The notes under the pieces: model-generated
Databases searched by the model: none
What the model was told of the DNA's origin: nothing
Seen by the model: the letters and a program-made list of their open reading frames with translations, nothing else
Assembly: GCA_964016885.1 (NCBI GenBank)
Contig: OZ024744.1
Location: 19,840,001-19,904,000 of the forward strand
Reading direction: 5' to 3'
From: Eledone cirrhosa
Taxonomy: Eukaryota
DNA length: 64,000 nucleotides
Position numbers and translations under genes: made by a program
In this document: piece by piece, positions 10,462 through 23,025 of the stretch
How the letters are laid out: each line of letters starts with the position of its first letter
Position numbering within the stretch: position 1 is the first letter of the stretch

Positions 10462-13400
10462 CCTTGAATCTCAGTCATTGATGTTGGTTAACTGGAAAGT
10501 CCGTTGGATTGAATATCAAGCCACTACCTGCAGCCTCAGATATTCAGGACGTATCGGAGGGTTCTTGCCGTTCCAAGCAAGCATGCCTTTTGAAGCGTTC
10601 CAAAAAGCGTGAAGGGGCCGATTTTCTTTAACCATCCCTGGAAACCTTTGGAGATAGTCCCCAGTGCGCCTATGACAATCGGGATCACTTTGACTTCATG
10701 GCAGTTACAAATCCTTTTCACCTCCCACTTTAGGTCCTGGTATCGGTTAATTTTCTCCCTCTCCTTCTCTTGCACTCTCGTGTCGAACGGGCAGGCCACA
10801 TCCACAATCAGGCACGATCTTTTTTCTTTGTCCACAACCACCAGGTCAGGTCTATTGTGTTCCAGTTTTTTGTCCGTCTGTATCCTAAAATCCCACAGCA
10901 CCTTCACCTGACTGTTCTCCATCACCGCCTCTGGCTTATGCTCATACCATTTCTCAGAATGTGGTAGATTGTTTACTTTGCACAGGTGCCAGTGGATCAC
11001 CTTGCCCATCACATCGTGTCTCCAGCCCTTATAGTGGGTCTGGGCTAGGTGTTTACACTCGGACACAATGTGAGCCACAGTCTCCTCTCTCTCTCCACAG
11101 ATCCTGCACAGTGGGCTAGCCTCCTCCTTGTAGATATGGTGCTTCAACCACTTCGTTTTGAGGGCCTGCTCCTGCGCAGCCATTAGCATTCCTTCTGTAG
11201 CCTTTTTGAGGTCTCCTCTTCTCAACCAGTTCCATGTCTGTGAATCTCTAAATTCAGTTTTCTCAAAGAAGGTACTATGAAGAGATTTTCCCTTAAGGCT
11301 GCTCTTCCTCCTTGATGTTATTTCCTCCTTGGGTATCCCCTGGCCTACTGTCCCCTCCTTCAGTACAGCTCTGAGCATTGGCTCCTTACTATAGGTCACG
11401 TATTTGTATAGGTTGTTTTTCTCCATCTGAACACAGTCCTCTATGCTGATAAGACCTCTTCCACCCTCAGATCTCCTTAGGTAGAGTCTATCGACATCAC
11501 TCCTCTTGTGGAACATGTTGTAGATAGTCAATAGCTTCCTAGTCTTCCTATCCATTTCTTTTTGTTCAGCAACATTCCATCTCAGAATTCCCGCACTGTA
11601 CCTAATAATAGACACAGCTCGGGAATTTACTGCGCTTATGGCATTTCTCCTGTTCAGATGTGACTTCAATACGCTCCTTACTCTCCGAATGTATTCAGTT
11701 CTTAACAATTCCTTCATTTTTTTGTTCTTTATGCCATCAGCCTCCAGAACGCCCAAATACTTGTATCCTTCCTCAGAGTCAATTTCCTTTATCACCTCAC
11801 CTGTTGGTATCTGGATCCCGTTACTTCTGCTCAACCTACCCCTCCTCATCACAATGACTCCACATTTACCAATACCAAACTGCATACATATATCACTGCT
11901 GAAAATACGGACAGTGTCAACAAGCACATCCAACTCCTTCTCACTTTTCCCGAAGAGCTTAAGATCGTCCATGAAGAGGAGGTGATTGATGGTAAGCTCT
12001 CCCCTTCCCAACTTGTATCCTGCTCTCACTTTTCGCAGCATAATGGTCAAGGGCATCAGGGCAAGGACAAACAACAGAGGGGACAGGCTATCTCCCTGGA
12101 AGATACCTCTCTTGATCTTCACGCTTCCCAAGGATACTCCAGTTGATGTCAACTCTGTCTCCCAGGACCCCATACTCCTGCCCAGCAACTGTCTGATGTT
12201 ATCTGCCACCCTGAAGATCTCCAGGCTTTTGGTGATCCAGGAATGAGGCACCATGTCAAATGCCTTTCTGTAGTCTATCCATCCCATGGCAAGATCAGTT
12301 TGTCTCCTCCTGCAATTCCCCATTACCATCTTATCAATAAGCAACTGGTCCTTTGTACCACGTGACTTCTTTCGGCATCCTTTCTGTTCGTCCGGCAACA
12401 AGTTGTTTGTGTGGAGGTGATGGTAGATTTCCTCAGACACAATGCTCGTCAACAGTTTCCACATTACGGGCAGACATGTGATAGGTCTATAGTTGGTAAC
12501 ATCATTACCCTTGATTCGGTCTTTCATTATCAGAACTGTGGTACCTTTTGTCAACCACTCTGGCACCTCACCCGACACCAAGCAGTCATTGAACATGGCC
12601 GTCAGCTTCGGGTGGAGGGATGTTAAATGTTTAATCCAATACCCCTGCACACCATCTGGGCCTGGTGATTTCCAGTTGGTTAGTTTTTTGGCTTGCCCCT
12701 TAAGAGTTTCAACTGTGATACTCAAATCAGTCTGTTGCTGTGCCTGCTCACCGATCTCCCTCTGTACTGTCTCAATCCACCCTGCCTGGGCATTGTGTCT
12801 AACATCCTGCTCCCATATTCCTCTCCAGAATGTTTTAGCTTGTTCCGCCCCAGGGATCAAATCGGTGCCTCTTTCTTTCCCCTCAAGCTGTCCAAACACC
12901 ATCTTCTGGTTGTTGTCGAACATGCGGTTCTGTTTATACTGACTGACTCTGTTCTCGTATCGCCTGATTTTGGCACTCTTTGCTACAATGCGTTGCTTCA
13001 ATTCCTCTATGATAATATTTAGCTTTTTACTCCTAGTTTTGTATTTTATTTCCAGTCTATTTTTAGTGCCTATGTTTTTTAGTGTCCCATTCAGTAGTGA
13101 CTCAAGCTTTCCTATGTCATTTCTCATTTCCCCGATTTGCCCACTCAGTCGCTTCTTCCACCACGGCTCTGCTCTTTCTTGTCTGTTGTTTCCTCTCGCT
13201 TTTATACCAAGTAGTTTCCTCACCGTATTTGCTGTTGCTTTGAGGATATTGTTGCACTGGTGAAGACTCCTCGCCTCAAGGTATGGGATGACTTTGTTTA
13301 CCTTAGCTGTTGTTTCTTTTAACTTTTTCCTGTCTACAAATCTTAGGTTCATAGGTCTCCCACTATCATTGTTCAACTCATCTACCACTAAATTTAGGAT

Positions 13401-14251
13401 ATCAACCGAATCTTGTCCTAGCCTGTCAGCATTCATCTCCTCAGTGGCCGTATCTCTGTTCCAGGTATTATTTATCTCAGTATTCAGATCATTGTCTGCT
13501 TCGGGTGGTTCCTCCGCTCTCAGGACCTCCTCACCTTCATTTCCCGCCGGCTCGCTTGTCTGGCATACTCCACCCGCCATCTCCAAGCCATTCTCTCTGC
13601 TCAGTTCCTCCAGTTCCAGCTCGCTTATCCACCCATTAGTTCTTATTACCCGAGCCTGCCCGGCCAATTTTTGTTCATCTAATTTAAATAAACCAATCTC
13701 GTTCCAGATGTTATGCATCCGTTTCCTGTAGCCCCTCTCCTTGGGGTTACTTTTCAGGTAGCATTGCATAACAGTTCTATTCAATTCTTTCGTCCAGTTG
13801 GTTCTGGCCCCTTTCCTTCTTCTTCTTCCTCCAACATCAGCAGTATTTCGTTGACAGTCAGGTTCCTGCTGCTGAGCCAGGGGGCACCTGTTGGGTGAGA
13901 GTCTGTCACATGACGTTCTAGTCTCCATTTCACCGTTATTCGAACTGTTTATGTTCGATATTTAAACACTCTTATCGAGGATTGGCGAATGTATGTTTAC
14001 ATAGCCATCTGTGGATCCGCCATCCCACTTGGCCCTTGTGTGGCATTATCACCACGCTGTATACGGACACACATAAACAAACAAACACACGGGCAGAAAG
14101 GGCCCCAAAAATGAATAAGCATAAGTTTCATTGTAATGTAGTATTCGAATGTCTGACTTAGTTTTTGTTTTTTAAGTTTTACTTTTTCCCCCCTCTTCTC
14201 TGTCCGTCCGCCTGCTTCTCTCTTCATTCTTATTTTCTTTACGTTTTTGGG

Positions 14252-14254
<3 letters not shown>
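10462..14254 (-). mobile_element. Dong family A copy A2 (ORF intact, 5' leader truncated)
   Basis: Near-identical to A1; the sequence stops at a point matching ~9670 of A1 and runs into (TTA)n. Confidence 0.93.
10536..13928 (-). CDS. Dong/R4-type polyprotein, 1130 aa (RT + CCHC + RLE endonuclease)
   Basis: Same motifs as 5952-9344; uninterrupted frame. Confidence 0.95.
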   Translation of the reverse strand: METRTSCDRLSPNRCPLAQQQEPDCQRNTADVGGRRRRKGARTNWTKELNRTVMQCYLKSNPKERGYRKRMHNIWNEIGLFKLDEQKLAGQARVIRTNGWISELELEELSRENGLEMAGGVCQTSEPAGNEGEEVLRAEEPPEADNDLNTEINNTWNRDTATEEMNADRLGQDSVDILNLVVDELNNDSGRPMNLRFVDRKKLKETTAKVNKVIPYLEARSLHQCNNILKATANTVRKLLGIKARGNNRQERAEPWWKKRLSGQIGEMRNDIGKLESLLNGTLKNIGTKNRLEIKYKTRSKKLNIIIEELKQRIVAKSAKIRRYENRVSQYKQNRMFDNNQKMVFGQLEGKERGTDLIPGAEQAKTFWRGIWEQDVRHNAQAGWIETVQREIGEQAQQQTDLSITVETLKGQAKKLTNWKSPGPDGVQGYWIKHLTSLHPKLTAMFNDCLVSGEVPEWLTKGTTVLIMKDRIKGNDVTNYRPITCLPVMWKLLTSIVSEEIYHHLHTNNLLPDEQKGCRKKSRGTKDQLLIDKMVMGNCRRRQTDLAMGWIDYRKAFDMVPHSWITKSLEIFRVADNIRQLLGRSMGSWETELTSTGVSLGSVKIKRGIFQGDSLSPLLFVLALMPLTIMLRKVRAGYKLGRGELTINHLLFMDDLKLFGKSEKELDVLVDTVRIFSSDICMQFGIGKCGVIVMRRGRLSRSNGIQIPTGEVIKEIDSEEGYKYLGVLEADGIKNKKMKELLRTEYIRRVRSVLKSHLNRRNAISAVNSRAVSIIRYSAGILRWNVAEQKEMDRKTRKLLTIYNMFHKRSDVDRLYLRRSEGGRGLISIEDCVQMEKNNLYKYVTYSKEPMLRAVLKEGTVGQGIPKEEITSRRKSSLKGKSLHSTFFEKTEFRDSQTWNWLRRGDLKKATEGMLMAAQEQALKTKWLKHHIYKEEASPLCRICGEREETVAHIVSECKHLAQTHYKGWRHDVMGKVIHWHLCKVNNLPHSEKWYEHKPEAVMENSQVKVLWDFRIQTDKKLEHNRPDLVVVDKEKRSCLIVDVACPFDTRVQEKEREKINRYQDLKWEVKRICNCHEVKVIPIVIGALGTISKGFQGWLKKIGPFTLFGTLQKACLLGTARTLRYVLNI

Positions 14255-14335
<81 letters not shown>

Positions 14336-14347
14336 GTTATTGTTATT

Positions 14348-15528
14348 CCTTGAATCTCAGTCATTGATGTTGGTTAACTGGAAAGTCCGTTGGATTGAAT
14401 ATCAAGCCACTACCTGCAGCCTCAGATATTCAGGACGTATCGGAGGGTTCTTGCCGTTCCAAGCAAGCATGCCTTTTGAAGCGTTCCAAAAAGCGTGAAG
14501 GGGCCGATTTTCTTTAACCATCCCTGGAAACCTTTGGAGATAGTCCCCAGTGCGCCTATGACAATCGGGATCACTTTGACTTCATGGCAGTTCCAAATCC
14601 TTTTCACCTCCCACTTTAGGTCCTGGTATCGGTTAATTTTCTCCCTCTCCTTCTCTTGCACTCTCGTGTCGAACGGGCAGGCCACATCCACAATCAGGCA
14701 CGATCTCTTTTCTTTGTCCACAACCACCAGGTCAGGTCTATTGTGTTCCAGTTTTTTGTCCGTCTGTATCCTAAAATCCCACAGCACCTTCACCTGACTG
14801 TTCTCCATCACCGCCTCTGGCCTATGCTCATACCATTTCTCAGAATGTGGTAGATTGTTTACTTTGCACAGGTGCCAGTGGATCACCCTGCCCATCACAT
14901 CGTGTCTCCAGCCCTTATAGTGGGTCTGGGCTAGGTGTTTACACTCGGACACAATGTGAGCCACAGTCTCCTCTCTCTCTCCACAGATCCTGCACAGTGG
15001 GCTAGCCTCCTCCTTGTAGATATGGTGCTTCAACCACTTCGTTTTGAGGGCCTGCTCCTGCGCAGCCATTAGCATTCCTTCTGTAGCCTTTTTGAGGTCT
15101 CCTCTTCTCAACCAGTTCCATGTCTGTGGATCTCTAAATTCAGTTTTCTCAAAGAAGGTACTATGAAGGGATTTTCCCTTAAGGCTGCTCTTCCTCCTTG
15201 ATGTTATTTCCTCCTTGGGTATCCCCTGGCCTACTGTCCCCTCCTTCAGTACAGCTCTGAGCATTGGCTCCTTACTATATGTCACGTATTTGTATAGGTT
15301 GTTTTTCTCCATCTGAACACAGTCCTCTATGCTGATAAGACCTCTTCCACCCTCAGATCTCCTTAGGTAGAGTCTATCGACATCACTCCTCTTGTGGAAC
15401 ATGTTGTAGATAGTCAATAGCTTCCTAGTCTTCCTATCCATTTCTTTTTGTTCAGCAACATTCCATCTCAGAATTCCCGCACTGTACCTAATAATAGACA
15501 CAGCTCGGGAATTTACTGCGCTTATGGC
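14348..15528 (-). mobile_element. Dong family A copy A3, 5'-truncated (~1.2 kb)
   Basis: Matches the 3' third of the A1/A2 ORF plus 3'UTR (ORF remnant 14422-15501); flanked by (TTA)n. Confidence 0.93.
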
Positions 15529-15593
<65 letters not shown>

Positions 15594-15594
<1 letters not shown>

Positions 15595-18500
15595 TTTGAG
15601 TCACAGTCATTGATGTTAGTTAACTGGAAAGTTTGTTGAAATGAATATCAAGCCACTACATGCAGCCTCAGATATTCAGGACGTATCGGAGAGTTATTGC
15701 TGTTCCCAGCAAGCATGCCTTTTGAAGTGTTCCAAAAATCGTGGCGGGGCCAATTTTCTTTAACCATCCCTGGAAACTCTTTGAGATAGTACCTAGTGCG
15801 CCTATGACAATCGGGACCACTTTCACTTCATGGCAGTTCCAAATCCTATTTACCTCCCACTTTAAGTCCTGGTATCGGTTAATTTTCTCCCTCTCCTTCT
15901 CTTGCACTCTCGTGTCGAATGGGCAGGCCACATCCACAATCAGGCACGATCTTTTTTCCTTGTCCAAAACCACCAGGTCAGGTCTATTGTATTCCAGTTT
16001 CTTGTCCGTCTGTATCCTAAAATCCCATAGCACCTTCACCTGATTGTTTTCCATCACCGACTCTGGCTTATGCTCATACCACTTCTCAGAATGTGGTAAA
16101 TTGTTTACTTTGCATAGGTGCCAGTGGATCACCCTGCCCATCACATCATGTCTCCAGCCTTTGTAGTGAGTCTGGGCTAGGTGTTTACACTCGGATACAA
16201 TGTGAGCCACAGTCTCCTCTCTCTCTCTCCACAGATCCTACACAGTGGGCTAGCCTCCTCCTTGTCAATATGGTGTTTCACCCACTTCGCTTTGAAGGCC
16301 TGTTCTTGCGCAGCCATTAGCATTCCTTCTGTAGCCTTTTTAAGGTCTCCTCTTCTCAACCAGTTCCATGTATGTGGATCTCTGAATTCCGTTTTCTCAA
16401 AGAAGGTACTATGAAGGGATTGTTCATGAAGGTTGCTCATTCTCCTCGTTGTTATTTCCTCATTGGACATCCCCTGGTCTATTGTCCTCTACTTCAGTAC
16501 AATTCTGAGCATTGGCTCCTTACTATCAGTCACGTATTTGTGTAGGTTGTTTTTCTCCATCTGAACACAGTCCTCTATGCTGATAAGACCTCTTCCACCT
16601 TCAGATCTTTTTAAGTAGAGTCAATCGACATCAGTCCTCTTGTGGAACATGTTGTAGATTATCAACAGCTTCCTAGTCTTCCTATCCATTTCTTTTTGTT
16701 CGGCAATATTCCATCTCAGAATTCCCGCACTGTACCTAATAATAGTCACAGCTCGGGAATTTACTGCACTTATGGCATTCCTACTGTTCAGATGTGACTT
16801 TAATACGCTCCTTACTCTCCGAATGTATTCAGATCTTATCAATTCCTTCATTTTTTTGTTCTTGATGTCATCAGCCTCCAGAATACCCAAATACTTGTAT
16901 CCTTCTTCAGTGTCAATTTCCTTTATCATCTTACCTGTTGGTACCTGGATTCCGTTGCTTCTGCTCAATTTACCACTCTTCATCACAAGGACTCCACACT
17001 TACTAATACCAAATTGTTTACATATATCATTGCTGAAAATACGGACAGTGTCAACAAGCACATCCAACTCCTTCTCACTCTTCCCGAAGAGCTTAAGATC
17101 GTCCATTAAGGGGAGGTGATTGGTGGTAAGCTCTCCCATTCCCAACTTGTATCCTGCTCTCACTGTTCGCTGTATAATGGTCAGGGGCATCAGGGAAAGG
17201 ACAAACAACAGAGGGGACAGACTATCTCCCCGGAAGATACCTCTCTTGATCTTCACGCCTCCCAAGGATTCTCCAGCTGATGTTAACTCTGTTTCCCAGG
17301 ACTTCATACTTTTGCTCAACAACTGTCTGATGTTATCTGCCACCTTGACGATCTCTAGGCTTTTGGTGATCCAAGAATGAGGCACCATGTCAAATGCCTT
17401 TCTGTAGTCTATCCATCCCATGGCAAGATCAGTGTGTCTCCTCCTGCAATTCCCCATTACCATCTTATCAATAAGTAGCTGGTCCTTTGTACCACGTGAC
17501 TTCTTTCGGCATCCTTTCTGTTCGTCCGGTAACAAGTTGTTTGTGTGGAGGTGATGGTAGATTTCCTCAGACACAATGCTCGTCAACAGTTTCCACATTA
17601 CGAACAGACATGTGATAGGTCTATAGTTGGTAACATCATTACCCTTGATTCGGTCTTTCATTATCAGAACTGTGGTAGCTTTTGTCAACCACTCTGGTAC
17701 CTCACCTGACATCAAGCAGTCATTGAACATGGTTGTCAGTTTCGGGTGGAGGGATGTTATATGTTTAATCCAATACCCCTGCACACCATCTGGGCATCCA
17801 GTTGGTTAGTTTTTTGGCCTGCCCCTTAAGAGTTTCAACTGTGATACTCAAATCAGCTTGTTGGTGTGCCTGTTCACTGATCTCCTTCTGTACTGTCTCA
17901 ATCCACACTGCCTGGTCATTAAGTCTAACATCCTGCTCCCATATTCCTCTCCAGAATGTTTTAGTTTGTTCCGCCTCAGGGATCAAGTCGTTGCCTCTTT
18001 CTTTCCTCTCAAGCTGTCCAAACAGCATCTTCTGGTTGTTGTCGAACATGCGGTTCTGTTTATACTGACTGACACTGTTCTCGTATCGCCTGATTTTTGC
18101 ACTCTTTGCTACAATGCGTTGCTTCAGTTCCTCTATGATAATATTTAGCTTTTTCCTCCTAGTTTTGTACTTTATTTCCAGTCTATTTATAGTTTCTATG
18201 TTTTTTAGTGTCCCATTCAGAAGTGACTCAAGCTTTCCAATGTCATTTCTCATTTCCCTCATTTGACCACTCAGTCGTTTCTTCCACCAAGGCTCTGCTC
18301 TTTCTTGTCTGTTGTTTCCTCTCGCTTTTATACCAAGTAGTTTCCTCACCGTATTTGCTGTTGCTTTGAGGATATTGTTGCAGTGGTGAAGGCTCCTCGC
18401 CTCAAGGTATGGGATGACTTTGTTTACCTTAGCTGTTGTTCCTTTTAACTTTTTCCTGTCTATAAATCTTAGGTTCATAGGTCTCCCACTATCATTGTTC

Positions 18501-20337
18501 AATTCATCTACCACTAAATTTAGGATGTCAACCAAATCTTGTCCTAGCCCGTCAGCATTCATCTCCTCAGTGGCCGTATCTCTGTTCCAGGTATTATTTA
18601 TCTCAGTATTCAAATCATTGTCTGCTTCTGGTGGTTCCTTCGTTCTCTCGACCTCTTCACCTTCATTTCCCACTGGCTCGTTTGACTGGCATACTCCACC
18701 CTCCATCTCCAAGCTAATCTCTCTGCTCAGTTCCTCCAGTTCCAGCTCGCTTATCCACCCATTAGTTCTTATTACCCGAGCCTGCCCGGCCAATTTTTGT
18801 TCATCTAATTTAAATAGACCAATCTCGTTCCAGATGTTATGCATCCATCTCCTATAGCCCCTCTCCTTGGGGTTACTTTTCAGGTAACATTGCATAACAG
18901 TTCTATTCAATTCTTTCGTCCAGTTGGTTCTGGTCCCTTTCCTTCTTCTTCTTCCTCCTCCGACACCAGCAGTATTTGGTTGACAGCCAGGCCCCTGCTG
19001 CTGAGCCAGGGAGCACCTGTTGGGTGAGAGTCTGTCACATGACGTTCTAGTATCCATTTCACCGTTATTCGAACTGTTTAGGTTCGACATTTAAACACTC
19101 TTATCGAGGATTGGCGAATGTATGGTTACATAACCACCTGTGGATTCACCGTCTCCGGTGGTTGCGTCGCACCATGTGGCTCTTGTGTGGCATTATCACG
19201 CTGTAGACGAACACAAATAAACAAACAAAACAGGCAGAAAACCCCCCCCCCAAAATGAATAAGCATAAGTTTCATTGTAATGTAGTGTTCGAATGTCTGA
19301 CTTAGTTTTTCCCTTCCCTTCTCTGTCCGTCCGTTTGTTTCTCCCTTCATTCTTATTTTCTTTACGTTTTTTTGTTTTTGTTTTTTTTGTCTGCATTTTT
19401 TTTTTGTTTTTTTTGTTGCTGTGCTGCTTTGATTTTGATTTTTGTTTTTCCTTTTGAGTCTATCTATATATTTTGATGCCTTCCTCTTTTTTAGTAGGAA
19501 TTCTACAATGTGGTGGCGTTGCTGTGCTAGCAGCAGGAGGTAATGGGAGAGTATAGCGGCGGTAGCGATACTGAGGCAGTGGTGGTGGTGATGTGATCGT
19601 ATTACTGTTGTGATGGTATTGTAGTTGGGGTATAAATTTGAGTTGATTTGACCAGAGTTTTCATCGTGGTAGTGGTGGTGTTATTGGTGGTGAAATAGTA
19701 ATCTGTAGTCGTTTAGTAGTGGTGGTGATGTGATCGTATTACTGTAGTGATGGTGTTGTAGTTGGGGTATAAGTTTGAGTCGATTCGACCAGAGTTTTCA
19801 TCGTGGCAGTGGTGGTGGTATTGGTGGTGAAATAATAATCTGTAGTCGTTTAGTCATTTTGCCATTTTCGACTCCAACATTCCTGATCCAAAATTAAATA
19901 TTAATCTTGTTTATCAATATTGTCTAGTGATATCGACACCCTCCCCTTTCGTAAGTTAACAGAAGGTAGTGTGGGGTGGTAGCGGTGGTAGCAATGAAGG
20001 AGTGGTGGCGGCGGTGATGGGATAGTGGTAGTAATGATGGATGGGCGGCGGCGGCGGTGACTGTAGTGATGGCGTTGTCGTTACTGATGTCCGTTCGGTG
20101 AATCTATGGGGCTAGTCGCGTACATGTGTTGACATAAATTCCCTTAATGTTGGAATTAAACATTTTGTTAAAACTTGGGACAATAATAATAGTAATTATT
20201 ATTATCATTATTATGTTGAGGTTGGTTGTGGCGGTGGTGAAATTGCCGTTATCTGGCTGTTGTGTTTAGTGTACACAGAGGGGTGATGAGGTAGGTGGTG
20301 TATCTAGTTTCTGGTGTTGGTGAAATTGCTGTTGTTT

Positions 20338-20339
<2 letters not shown>
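15594..20339 (-). mobile_element. Dong family A diverged/older copy A4, ORF disrupted, long 5' leader
   Basis: ORF fragments 15668-16210, 16177-16470, 16621-17784 and 17765-19090 are homologous to A1. The leader is homologous to the A1 leader, with a ~138-bp tandem duplication (~19578-19853) and extra segments. Confidence 0.92.
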
Positions 20340-20391
<52 letters not shown>

Positions 20392-20392
<1 letters not shown>

Positions 20393-20976
20393 AGTTGCAT
20401 TTATCTTGCTTTATTTCATACGAGTTATCACCAAGTCACAACCAGTGACCTCAAGAGACAACAAGGTCCGCCATGTTCAAGAAAGAACATACATACTCAC
20501 ACATGCATCTTTAGTGTTTAGACTTGTGATGTACTTATATTGACAGAATCTTCCTTAGTATATGGGCAGTTCCCATTAGTACTATCTTTTGTATTTCTCC
20601 TATACGCGGGTTTCCTGAGATTTGCGATAAGTAATCATTAGACACCTTAGGTATCATTCCCAGAGCGGCTACAACCACTGGTATTGTTTTAGTTCTCAAT
20701 TTCCACATTTTTTCAATTTCTATCTCCAAGTCCTTATACTTGCTCAATTTTTCAAATGTTTTTATAGATACATTCTTGTCTATTGGAACAGACATATCAA
20801 TTAGCAGGCATACCCTCTTTTTAAAGTCCTTCAATATTATATCAGGTCTATTTGCATCTATTTTTCGGTTTGTTTGGATGCTAAAGTTCCACAAGATTGA
20901 GATGTGATTTTTTTCAAGTATGGGAGGTGGTTGATGCTCCCACCAATTCTTTTGATGGGGCAGGTCAAAATGCTTA
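20392..20976 (-). mobile_element. Dong/R4 family B copy B1, 5'-truncated (endonuclease + 3'UTR only)
   Basis: RPDIILKDFKKRVCLLIDMSVP..EKLSKYKDL RLE motif; ~140-nt 3'UTR shared with B2/B3; flanked by (TTA)n. Confidence 0.9.
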
Positions 20977-20997
20977 TTATTATTATTATTATTATTA

Positions 20998-22978
20998 CAG
21001 TTGCATTTATCTTGCTTTATGTTCATACGAGTTATCACCAAGTCACAACCAGTGACCTCAAGAGACAACAAGGGTCGCCATGTTCAAGAAAGAACATACA
21101 TACTCATACATGCATCTTTAGTGTTTAGACTTGTGATGTACTTATATTGACAGAATATTCCTTAGTATATGGGCAGTTCCCATTAGTACTATCTTTTGTA
21201 TTTCTCCTATACGCGGGTTTCCTGGGATTTGCGATAAGTAATCATTAGACCCCTTAGGTATAATTCCCAGAGCACCCACAATCACTGGTATTGTTTTAGT
21301 TCTCAATTTCCACATTTTTCCAATTTCTATCTCCAGGTCCTTATACTTGCTCAATTTTTCAAATGTTATTATAGATACATTCTTGTCTATTGGAACAGAC
21401 ATATCAATTAGCAGGCATACCCTCTTTTTAAAGTCCTTCAATATTATATGAGGTCTGTTTGCATCTATTTTTCGGTCTGTTTGGATGCTAAAGTTCCACA
21501 AGATTGAGATGTGATCTTTTTCAAGTATGGGAAGTGGTTGATGCTCCCACCAATTCTTTTGATGGGGCAGGTCAAAATGCTTACACATTATCCAATGTAT
21601 GTATTGTGCAGCTCTTTCGTGCCTGTTTAGGTATTCGGTTGGAGGTATAGGACTTCACATTGAAATTATATGGTCAATTGTCTCTGGTTGTTTTTTGAAT
21701 ACATGGCATAATGGGATGCATCCATTTTTTATTATGTTGGCTTGGTAATTTTTTGTTGGCAGACACTGATCTTGTGCTGAAATAATCAGTCCTTCAGTCT
21801 CCGATTTCAGTCCAGAGGATGCCAACCACTGATGGGTTAAAGTATTGTCAACATCAGGATTGTTAGCTCGCTCTGGGTATTTTCCATGCAGAGGCTTTTC
21901 TTGCCATTTCTTAGCGAGTTTCTGTAGCAGTTCTTTCATTGCAGTTACATTTACCTGCTTTGCTTTTTCTGTGTTTTCCATTTCAGCAGTAAATGGGACT
22001 TCTGAAATGTGTAGTCCATTACTGTATCTTTGTGCATCTTTTGTAATGGAATATGATCTTTTGATGCTTTCGTGTTTCAAAACGAGTTTGATCATCCAAT
22101 CATGTGATTCCCTTAGATATGTAGATAATCCAATTGTTGCCGTTTTCAACGCAATGTCTAACTGGATTAACCCACGTCCTCCTTCTTTCCTAGGGAGATA
22201 TATTCTATCTATATCTGCCTTAGGGTGATGCATTCTGTGCATGGTTAAGAATTTTCGAATTTTTGTATCGAGCCTACGGATCTCTGTGCTTGACCAGTTG
22301 ATGACATTGTAACTGTAGGTTACTACTGGTATGGCAAGCGTGTTTATGGCATCGATCCTATTTCTTGCATTCAATTCCGTTCTTAAGATTGCTCTTACTC
22401 TGCGGTAACATTCCTTCCTTATCCTTTCCCTCATTGTCGAGTGCTTGATTTCGTCTCCTTCACAAACACCTAAATATTTGTAATTTTTTTCTTGATCAAG
22501 TTCTCTTATCACGTTCCCCCGATCAAGATTAATGTCTGAACTCTTCAGCAGCTTTCCTCTGGTGAACGTTGCTTTGGCGCATTTATCTAGTCCAAACTCC
22601 ATCACTGAACTGTTCCACAGTGGATAATAGCCCTTGCAATTGTTCATCATTTTTTGCAAATAGTTTCAGGTCATCCATGTAGAACAGGTGATTAATGGTT
22701 TTGTCATAGACTTTATATCCATGTTTTGTTTCATTGAGCATTTTACTTAATGGTATAAGTGCGATGCAGAATAAAAGCGGTGATAAAGAGTCACCCTGAA
22801 AAATTCCACAATTAATATTAACTTCTCCAGCTTCCAGTGATTTTGTTTCACTATTCAAAAGGAGTGTCGTTTTCCATGTCTTCATACTGAATGACAAAAA
22901 CCTCCTGACAACGGGGGATATTTTGAAAATCTCTAAACATTTTTCAATCCAACTGTGTGGCAAACTATCGAATGCTTT

Positions 22979-22980
<2 letters not shown>
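20998..22980 (-). mobile_element. Dong/R4 family B copy B2, 5'-truncated, disrupted
   Basis: RT (QGDSLSP, YMDDLKL, YKYLG), knuckle and RLE fragments at 21142-22963. Confidence 0.9.
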
Positions 22981-23013
<33 letters not shown>

Positions 23014-23025
23014 GTTATTGTTATT

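Noticed and set aside
5878-14254. A1/A2 as a simple tandem segmental duplication or assembly duplicate
   Set aside because: They differ in scattered substitutions, tail sequence and 5' end point, which fits independent insertions better.
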